NCBI GenBank assembly: GCA_951406725.2
Contig: OX597817.1
Coordinates: 43,772,001 to 43,836,000 of the forward strand
Direction of reading: 5' to 3'
DNA length: 64,000 bases
Source of the DNA: Octopus vulgaris
Taxonomy: Eukaryota
Below the pieces are notes generated by a model. It had not been told where the DNA came from, did not search any database, and worked only from the letters and a program-made list of their open reading frames with translations. A program made the position numbers and the translations under genes. Shown here in pieces: positions 53,927-64,000 of the stretch (the stretch's first letter is position 1; every line of letters begins with the position of its first letter).

Positions 53927-56900
53927 AATAAAATATGTATAGATATACACACTAATGTTGTGAGTTCTAGTTTTCCTGTTTGCATTGCCAAACCTATATT
54001 AATATGAATATATATTATATATAATATATATAAGTGTGTGAGAGGGTGTGTAATGTAGTGGTTTGAGTGTTGACTTCTCGATCATTAAGTGAGCTTTCAA
54101 AATGGGCAGCACGTAATGTTCTTGAGCAAGGCACTTCATTTAACTACTCAATCTACTCAAATGAAAAGCCTGCAATCTCAGTTACTTAAATATCATGGAA
54201 ACCATCCAGATTTAATATGCTGGTAGGCCTGAATGTACTTGAAACAGCCTTTCAAGTTATATATATATATGTTTACACACACATACACACAGACACACAC
54301 ACACAAACACATGTGCAAGTATGGGTCTGTGGTTAAGAAGTTTGCTTTGCAACCATGTGGTTTTCAGTTCAGTACCTCCACATGGCATCTTGGGTCAGTC
54401 ATAAAATGAAGACATTGGATACCCACATGGTTTACTGGAAGTAAAAATACGTTTTACTACTTAAATAATATAATCATTGATAAAGCTGGTTCTTTTGAAA
54501 ATGCTGGGACTAATGTTCAAATAAGGTTTTAAAAGTACAAAGAAATATTTATCTCAATTATTAACAAAAGTTTTCTCCCTCCTTACAACTAAAGCTGGCT
54601 CTTTGAAGACAAAGCAGAAATTGTATTCCAGGGAAACAAGTGCAGTTAATAATATCCAATTGAGGAAGAATTAACTTAGCATGGCCAATTAGCGATAAGT
54701 TTAGAGGAAGTAATTTGAAAAACATTCATTTGATGCCTTCAGGATGTGTGCAGGAGAGCCAAATGTTTTGATTTGAATATGTGAATACATAAAACATGAC
54801 TGAAAAGGTGCTACGAGTTGGTGTTCTTTCTACATACTAGTACTTTAACCCATTAACTATGGACATCATCAATGTTTCATTAGAGAACAGCAGACATCAT
54901 CAACTGATGTACATTTATATGATGCAGGAATCTTTCCTTTGCATCTGCTTACACCAGATGCAAAGGAAAGTATACATTTGTAGGCACTCTTTTATAATGA
55001 GATTGTAAATCTCATTGTTAGAAATATTAACAATTATTATAGTTTTTGAACCTATATAAAATGAAAACAAATACCAAAATTACTCTTAAGAAAAAGAGAT
55101 GTGTTTGGTACACACAGTCATGCAATCCTTTCCCACCATGTAAGGGTTAAAGTTTACTGAAAATTTTATAATATAACCTACCCTTAAAGATTTGAATTTA
55201 GTGTACAAATCTTCAATAAGAAACAAGTCATAATTGATCAGAAGTTTTCTACATTAGTCTCAAATTTCAATATTACTTCAGAATCTATGAGAGAAGCGGG
55301 TGGAGAATTGAACCTTATAAGTGCATATCAGAACCATTGTGGAGGCCACAATTAGAAAATTTGAGAGGGTATTCGAAGATTTGGGAAAAATTGTGTTTTT
55401 GACAAGAGAGCCCTTAAATATAAACAGACCCATCCAACCAAGTCAGCATGGGAGAAAATATGGATGATAATGATGATGGTGGTGACAACATCAACAACAA
55501 CAATGATCTAGAAATGTTTTTGGTCATTCTGGGTTGGGATTTATGACAATACATGTATAAATATTTATCTATTTATGAATTTACTAATACAAATATCAAT
55601 AACCCTCAAACATTTCACTCTTTATTGCAACTGATCTCTTTTCTCATTTCATGTCTCACAGATAGCTTTTCACCTTCCCCTATCTTTGTGATAATGCCTA
55701 AATTTAGTAACATCTGTCTTTATTTTGTCTATTTGTTTATTTTTTGATTCCACTAGTACAATGAAAATCCAAGCAATCACACACCTGTTTGCTCTTTCTT
55801 CTCTTTTTAGTAGTTTATTTGACTTGCTAATCAACATAATACATAAAGTTATTTTCATAAACTTAAAATAAAGATAACTTGCTCTTCAACTACAAAATTC
55901 TCTGCATCCAGGTTACTAAGTTTAAAGGAAATTATATGATTAAGTAAAATTGAAAGCCCTTTGAAGTAGAAATAAAATTGTCACAATTTTAAAAGGAATT
56001 GAGAATTTAAATAATAAGGAGCATATGTTAAAACTACAAAGAAAATTATTAATGTCTTAAAAGGTAATGTTATGTGGATATCAATATGTTTAATGAAGGA
56101 AGATTAAAATCTAATTAGAAATACATATGCAGAGAGGAATATAAAAAAAAAAGAAAAATCTTATCAATTAATATTATTTAAATTATTTTGGCAGTATGGG
56201 TGACAACTTCATATATGTTTCAGTGTTAATATGACTTTTGCAGTGAAGTATAGATTTCACTAAACTTACTGATGTATTGAGAGGAGAATCACTCAATAAA
56301 TTTGCAAAAATGTACTCTGGATTGCATAGAAAACTAGAATTTAAAACAAACTTTACACAGTGATGGGAACAGTTATTGATTTACAGTAAGCCTTTGGCTT
56401 TGGAAAACATCAAATTCTTTGCACCAAACTTGAATACTATATTCATATATAATCTACTATTGAAGTTTTCATAACACAGAAATCAATATATATGTATACA
56501 TTATACTGAATCTCCGTTAACAGAAACAGCATAGTTTCCCATAAGATTCTACCTGTTACTTACTAAGTATTACTATTCAAATCTATAAGTATCTTATTTG
56601 CTTGTAATATCTATCACAACTAGGCAAAAAGTCTGAGTAGTTTAAATATTTTAAAGTTTTACTAAGTTCTTGTACCTCATGAAATAATTTTAATTTATGC
56701 TTCTCTTAAGAACTATTTTTTTGTGGTAGTAAAAAAGACACCTTTATTTCCAACAATATTAAGATATACCCCATTGCTTCTGTTGGCAAACATTCAATTA
56801 TCTGAATTTATATAAATGTGTGTGTGTGTGTGTGTGTGTGCACGTGCGCACACACATGCGTGCTTATATGAAAGAACATAATATTTAAATGAACAAAGCC

Positions 56901-56998
56901 CACATTCAAGTGATTACATATTTTAAACAACTGAAGTAGTCTAATCTGAAATGCAATAATTTTTCTTTAATCTATACTTATTATTATTATTATCATCA

Positions 56999-57034
<36 letters not shown>

Positions 57035-57193
57035 CCTTCCCTATGATGCTAACACATTTTCATTTCTTTTTATTAAAGTGGAAAATTTTGCTACATTTTG
57101 AAGTACATTCAGAGAAGCGGATTTTTATTTGTATATAGATAGCTAGATAGATAAAAGATAGAAAACCAGATAGATAGAAAGACTGAAAGATGA

Positions 57194-57277
<84 letters not shown>

Positions 57278-57788
57278 GGAGTGTTTAAGTTCTATTTGCG
57301 AAAAAGTTTATACTTGAATTTATTCTACAAAAGCATATTTCTCATTCAAATGTAAGTATGTTGTTATAAGATGTTTGTTGATAAGAGGATTTTTAACTGG
57401 AAGGTTGGCAATTACTGAAATTATTCCTTCTTATGATACTTGATCTGATTCCTATTTCATTTTTCTTTACAAGAATTTGGAACAGCAGTATCAAATTATT
57501 GTCATTCAATGGTTTGGAATTGAAAAATAATAAGCTAGTTTATTATTGTAAATCCTTTTAAAAGAGATATCATCTCAGGGATTTCATACTGAGAATCATA
57601 AGACTTAAGACATTGAATTATTTGTAACATACACCTTATTTCATTATAAATGCATTGTTACATTATTTTAGTTTGTCTATTTATCTAGTATAATTACAAG
57701 AATTTGTTTTTGTCATCCTACACATGTGTGTTTCATGTGTGTGTATACATGTGTATGTATATATGTATATCCCTCTCTCTTTCTCTCC

Positions 57789-57841
<53 letters not shown>

Positions 57842-58478
57842 ACTTTTCTAATATTTAGAAATGAGATTAATTTACATCACAAAAGAAAAAATTAAAGCTC
57901 TTCAATCATTTAAGAGGATAAACACTGATAATATATTGAAAGTATGATGAAAATGTAAATATATATATCTTTAGTATTAAGATAGGATAGTTTATGATAA
58001 TAATGGTTCTAATTATAGCAGGAAATTTCAGGGAAATAATTTCCAGAGAAACCTAAGCAAGCAATGGAAAACCAGATGTAAAGATGATGGTGATGATGAT
58101 GATCGTAACAATGATGATGAGGATGTCGATGATGAGAAACATTCAAAATTTGATTTCCACAGAAAATTAAGCAAAGATATAAGAAAAAAGATGGCATTAG
58201 ACAAGAAACGTCACAAATATGATATAGAGAGTGTAATGAGAAGGTGGCAAATATAATGAAATAAAAAGTAGAAAAAGGGAATCAATAATAAATGAAAAAT
58301 TTGAACTTAAATGAATAAAATGTTATGGACTTAAAATGGTCTTATCATGATAATTATTATGATCAAAAGATAACCTTGCTAGGCACAGCATGTGGTGCTA
58401 ATCAAGGCGCTTTCAATTCAATAACAAAGATAAAACTTTCACTCTCTCCACATACCTTATGAAATATCCACCAAACAA

Positions 58479-59106
58479 TACAGGATACCTACAAAGTACA
58501 TGCGCAGTGTTTATACCTATAGTTTTGTGTCTATATTTGATAGAACGAATCTGTAAGGAAAGCTAAAGTAACTTGATGTATCTAGGGTTTTTCTTGTCTT
58601 CAGAAATTTATTTAGTATTTATTTTACCTATTATTTTTAATCTATTTTTTGAGACTTCAAAATGACTTTTTTTTTGCAGAATTGCTGTTGGCCAATGGTT
58701 TCACTGGGGAGAGAGAAAGTAAACTGCGTTCTTTGGTTGGCTGAACTAAAATCTACTGTTGTTGTCAAAAGAAGGTTTAGAACTTATTACAATAAAGCAC
58801 CACCACACAGTGAAAAGTAATGTTTATTCAACTAAACTTCAATCTTTAGAGGACTTGCAAGCTAAGATAATTGATGTGATTGACGATATTACTGAAAATC
58901 ATCAGCAAAATGTTTTTCAAGAACTACAGAATCATATTACCATTTGTATACATTATGATGATAGATATGTTGAAAATTAACAATCACAATAATAAGCTTA
59001 GATACTTGTCCTTTCTTAGCCTTTTTACAGATTAGTCCTATCAAGGTATAGTTACAAATCTACAAGTATTTTAAATTGCACATGGACTTTATAAACACAT
59101 CATGTA
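58479..59106 (+). mobile_element. Internally deleted Tc1/mariner-superfamily element
   Basis: Imperfect TIRs (tacaggatacctacaaagtacatgcgca / tgcacatggactttataaacacatcatgta). ORF VKSNVYSTKLQSLEDLQAKI..NVFQELQNHITICI..DDRYVE resembles a transposase C-terminus. Confidence 0.7.
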
Positions 59107-59186
59107 CCGTATACAATCAATACTTAATTGATCTGACACTATAACAAGAAATCCTATTCTGCTGTTGTAACCCATTTATATAACAG

Positions 59187-59390
59187 TTTTGGCACAAGGC
59201 CAACTATTTTGAGTGGAGATGAAGTTGATTATATTGATCCCAGTGCTCCGCAGGTACTTATTTTATCAACCCTGAAAGGATAGAAGATAAAAGTCAACCT
59301 TTGTGGAATTGGAACTCAGAATGTAAAGAACTAAAGAAATGCTGCAAAGCATTTTGTTTGATGTTCTAATGATTCTGACAACTCATCCCA
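59187..59390 (-). mobile_element. SINE family A
   Basis: ggcacaaggcca...ggtacttattttatcaaccctgaaagga..aaagtcaacct..ggaattggaactcagaa. Confidence 0.8.
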
Positions 59391-59599
59391 AATAATACAA
59401 ACCATATCGCACAAACTCTTCACAACATATAAAACTTTAAAATAGGAAACAAAATCCCACAAGAATGCTAAACAACAATTTTACATTCCCAAAAGATAAT
59501 GTTGCATATACAATAGGAACATGGAACCTTGAGGTATTGTAGAACCTTACATAACACTGGGGAGGGCATGATGATGATTATGATGATGATGTTAACAAT

Positions 59600-60900
59600 A
59601 ATTTCTTATATTAGTCACAAGGCCTTAAGACATTGAGAATAATATAAAAGGATGAAATACACTACACAAAAAGGGGCTGACAGTAATCAAAAGGAAACTA
59701 ATACAAAAGATAAAAAATAAATTCCAACAAAACTTCCCCTATAATAAGGCAGTCAACCTCGAGTAATTTGCCAACCCCACCACTGCAAAAAAGTTCAGAT
59801 GACTGCCATTTTCTGAGGCATCAACAATGCTCTTTCCCTATTCTTTTCTTTCATATTCCCTGACCTGAAAGTCCTCCTGAAGAGACTGCTCAGACTGTTC
59901 TTGTTGATATCCAGATCAATCCCAAGTCATTGTCACTCATACCTTCAATTAACTCTCTATAGAAATTTAGAGCTGTTTTCCCATCAATGACCTTGTCCAG
60001 CTGGTATTGTGCTGTGAATGTCTGGTGACATTCTAGATGCCAGCTGCCCAACCACGGTCTATGCTTGACTCATAACTGAGGCTTAGTCAAGTAAACGGGT
60101 TGCAGAGTGATGTGTCATGCAAAAGATGTTCATATAAGTTTGCTCCTTTGTTTTTCTATTCCTGATCTGTGCTATAATAGTCAAATGATATGAAGATTAT
60201 TATCATGGACAGATCTGCTGAAGATCACACAGATTTGCTCGTCTCTGACTACATTACTGATGACAAGTAACCAGCCTTTTGGCGAGCACATATGTGAAAA
60301 TTTTTACTCTGTGTTGCGCAAAGTTATCAGCACAAAATTTTCCATTGTGAATCCCTTCTTCATATCTTTTCTCAGCAGTATCACCACTTTCTGGCCCACT
60401 CATCTAGAGAAGTCTGCTCCTCGTCTACTGCCAGCTGCAGTAGATAGTTGTCAAGACAGGAGTAAACAAATCTGGCATGTGGAAATATAGTCCACAGGGC
60501 AGACCTATCAGTCCAAGCAATATACACCTCATATAGTGGCTCTGCATGTTGGCTATCTCAAAAGTTGAAATTGGTTTTCCACAGCCCTTGGTCTCCCTGT
60601 CACAGCAAACCATCAAGTAAGCATCAAAGCTCACTGTCTCAGGTCCAATTCTCAAAAATAGTACGACAAAGTGCTACTGGAAAATTGCACTCATCTGCTT
60701 GTAAGCAAAAAGAACCTACCCATTGTGGTCCATCCTAGACTGAATTCTAACAGTATTGCTATACTGCACCTTTGATACACAGGTTTGAAACATGAAGGCT
60801 ATGGTACCCTCATGTTTCAGTGCATATATCCGAACTTGAACAATGACACCATTCTTGTCACTAGTATGTCATTTGTTATGCCTTTTTCTATGTGCCTTTT
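59600..60900 (-). mobile_element. Tx1/L1-clade LINE ORF2 fragment
   Basis: Minus translation KPISTFEI...LGLIGLPCGLY.HMPDLF, VVILLRKD..KG..MENFVLITL.NTE resembles the PGxDGLPxEFY / KGDx.xNFRPITLLNTD motifs of L1/Tx1 RT. Confidence 0.7.
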
Positions 60901-61100
60901 CTAATTGACTAGCTAGTTTCTATGCTACTTTGTCATACCTTATAACTTTCTCTCTGCTAAAGGTAGCAGATGCTTTGCTATATTTTCATTTTAGTAAAAC
61001 TCATCACTTGTTGATGATAGCTCCAGTTAATTCTTACTTATTTGATCTGTGAAATCTTTATGTACTAAGAATTAATAATAATAATAATAATAATAATAAT

Positions 61101-61300
61101 GGTTTCAGATTTTGGCACAAGGCCAACAATTTTAGTGGGAGGCAGTTAGTTGATTATATCAACCATAGTTCTTGACTAGCATTTTACTTTATCAATTCTG
61201 AAAGGATGAAAGTAAAATTGGTTTACGTAGAATTCTAACACAGAACATAACGAGCAGGAAGAACTACTGAAAGGCATTTTCTGATGTTTTAATGTTTATA
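61101..61300 (-). mobile_element. SINE family A next to (AAT)n
   Basis: ggtttcagattttggcacaaggcc...gaaaggatgaaag; same context as 30101. Confidence 0.75.
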
Positions 61301-61779
61301 CAAAGTTGTTGAAAAGAAATCATCTCTTAGAATATACACCTATGCATGGTGATCTTTATTTTCTCTGTAGCTTTTGATGTAACAAAATGTTAGGGGAAAG
61401 GTTTGTAAGGCAGAGGTTGTGTTTGAAGAGAAAAGTGAGAAGAAAGAGAAAGTAAGACAATAGTATGACATTTAGAAAGGGTAAGTTCTGTGTGTGTGTG
61501 TGTGTGTGTGTGTACATATGTGTATTCCTTGGCAACGAATAAAAATTCTTGGATATTAATAATATGAAAATATTGGATAGAGTATAATATTAACTGGGAC
61601 AAGACAAATAAGGTTGAAATATATTGAAACCTACACTTTAAAAGCAATCTAATAATGTGTGATTAAAACATATGTACACCATCGCTTTTTTATTGTATAA
61701 TTATCAAAAACATAAATGAGAATATATGCATTTTGTTAGACATATTAATCTCTTCTAATCAAAACATTCTGGAAGTTAG

Positions 61780-62430
61780 TAAGAAAATTATCAAGTGTAA
61801 TCTTGAAATGGAATTAAGCGGGATGCGGAGTATGCAACTAAGAAATGTGCCTCTAATAATTAGAGCATTAAGTATGCTAAAAAAGAAATAAATTAGATAA
61901 TAAAAAGTGTTCCAGGGCTTACGAGTTTACACACAGATTATAAAAATAGCCCTGCTAGACATAATTCACATCCTAGGCAAGGCATAATTCAGTAGTACAA
62001 CAATAGAAACTTTATCAGCATAATACCATAGAAGAGATTGAGTAAACTTGCAACACAGATGATCTCAGAGAATGACAAAGTGACCATACCTATTGATCCA
62101 TTGATATGATAAATCATACAGATAGAGATCAAGGTAAATCTTCCAGATATTTATGTGACATACGATGAAGAAAGATATGTTTCTCAATCAATGCATCAAT
62201 TTCAATTTCTTGAAAAAAAATTAATAGAAGAAAACTATCCTGACAATAAGGATAAGCAGAATATGATAGAGATGGAACACAGAAATTATTACCATAATTA
62301 TAGACAATTTGGAAATGACAGAAATGATCTAGTCAAATATACTAACCAAAACTCTAGGACTTAAATATAAACACATACAAAAAATAGTACTATCAAGTGC
62401 TGCAGATATTTTATGTAATAAAATATGCCA
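61780..62430 (+). mobile_element. Decayed RLE-type (R4/Dong-like) LINE C-terminal fragment
   Basis: HTDR..K.NLPDI and KHIQKIVLSSAADIL resemble the restriction-like endonuclease end (PDI...IQKIVLLSTAHIL). Confidence 0.5.
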
Positions 62431-64000
62431 AGATATATTGAAATTTTGAACAAATATAAATAAATTCAACAAATATGTAAACACATGCATACACACATAC
62501 ATAGATACACACACTCACACACATGCACATATGTATGTATAAAACAAAACAAATGAGGGCTTACCAACCACCTGTACTGTGCCACAAAAATGACCAGGCA
62601 TGCACTTTGATATGCCCTGCTTTGGTCTATAGAGCAACATGTTGCTACATATTGGTAAGGATTATTTCTAATTTCTTTTTCGAGGGCACATGGAAACCCC
62701 TCTACTTTCAAGAAACAGAGTTATGTTACTTTCTTCCTTGCCCTTTTAAATATGAAATCATTGAGCACTGTGGCACAACTTTTTGAGATACCTTTTCTAT
62801 GTTTTTTCCTCTCTTGAAAGTAACTTAATTCCATCATTTTCCTGTTTTGCAACACTGGCAAATGACATTTTGCTGTTGCCTACATTGTTAACATTGTTAG
62901 TTATCATCATTTTCCTTGTGTATTTGTCAAAGTAACCACCTGTTTGATTTCAACCGACAATGTTTTTCAGTATGTCTTTTGTTTTAAATCTATTAATTTT
63001 TCGGGAATGCATTTGTTGCTATTGTGTTTGAGGCTAGTACTTACTCCCACTCTTCCACTGCTGGCAATATCCACTGCCTAATTAACAATGTTTTAAAAAA
63101 TCAAACATTCTAATGTTCATTGTTCATAATTAAAAAAAAAAATCGCTATCAAGTGAATGTAATTAACTGTAATTTTGCTTTAGAGCACTGTTAAAGATGT
63201 ATGTTCATTGCAAACAACTACAACAACCATAACCATGAGAGATAAAGTTTGATAGATGAAGCAGACGGTTTCCTTTTTGATTAGGATATTTTCAAAGGAA
63301 TATTTTAAGGATTTAAATGTCATTCTGTTGTATTCAATAAGGAAGCAATTCAAAATATTAACATCTTTTTTGACATTTTAGAGACTTGACATGACAAGCA
63401 GTGCTCATTTACATTGTTTAAATACAATACTTCACTATACACTAACTGAATTAACAACATACACCTAAACTGAAATCATCTTTGAAAATGGCACAATTTG
63501 GTTTCAGTACATTTTAATACTGCAGGTTGATTTCAAGAATCATTATATTAATAACAATAGACAAAGCATTGACAGAAATGATAACATTGGAGTAAATGTG
63601 CTACAGTGGTTGATTAGTGTTCAGCTACATCTAATGCTACAAGGGTCAATTTTGCCTTTCATCTCTTTGGAATCAATATGTATATTAGAGTTAATTCAAT
63701 AGAGTTATAACTTCACATCAATACTAGAAATCCTATTTCTAATTAAACTTAAACTTTCAGAGATCAACAAATAACAAATATAATGCTTTCTGTAGAAAAA
63801 ATAAATTTGTGGTTATAAAAATAAATGGCATAAGGTTTACGAAAGGGAAAGGATATTTCAAATAATAATCAAATAAAAATGGCAGGACAATGGAAAAAGT
63901 GAAAATGAAAAATTCTAAGAGATTTTGTTAATGATACGCATTTAGAACAGATCACAGTACAGCCAAATATGAAAGAGAAGTATCCAGTACAGACTACATT

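Noticed and set aside
58456-58488. 33-nt AG/GT-bounded segment as an SS4 cassette exon
   Set aside because: Has a TAA stop in the required phase 1 and overlaps a transposon TIR.
62560-63030. Possible pogo/Tigger transposase remnant on minus
   Set aside because: Only a frameshifted ESRG-FH hint; too weak to call.

Overview
AT-rich, microsatellite- and SINE-laden eukaryotic DNA. The repeat content looks like a coleoid cephalopod, most likely Octopus. The window holds the 3' end of a neurexin gene on the minus strand. Five coding exons join in frame through GT-AG introns: 44427-44323, 40945-40858, 22513-22447, 22124-21952 and 12923-12422. They encode the end of LNS6, the stalk with its Cys-loop and glycosaminoglycan-type serine, the TM helix, the 4.1-binding motif and the PDZ ligand KEWYV. 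The intron above 44427 lies at the vertebrate splice-site-4 position and runs past the window end (>19.5 kb). Introns carry decayed mariner/Tc1 transposons, RTE, Tx1-like and RLE-type LINE fragments, and many tRNA-derived SINEs. The ~10 kb after the stop codon is free of recognisable TEs and may be a very long 3'UTR. The most unusual signal is a cluster of unique-sequence foldback hairpins, mostly in the SS4-position intron. By hand count about 90% of their arm mismatches are transitions, skewed toward one strand, and one hairpin formed de novo inside a SINE. Most ORFs in the supplied track are microsatellite translations.
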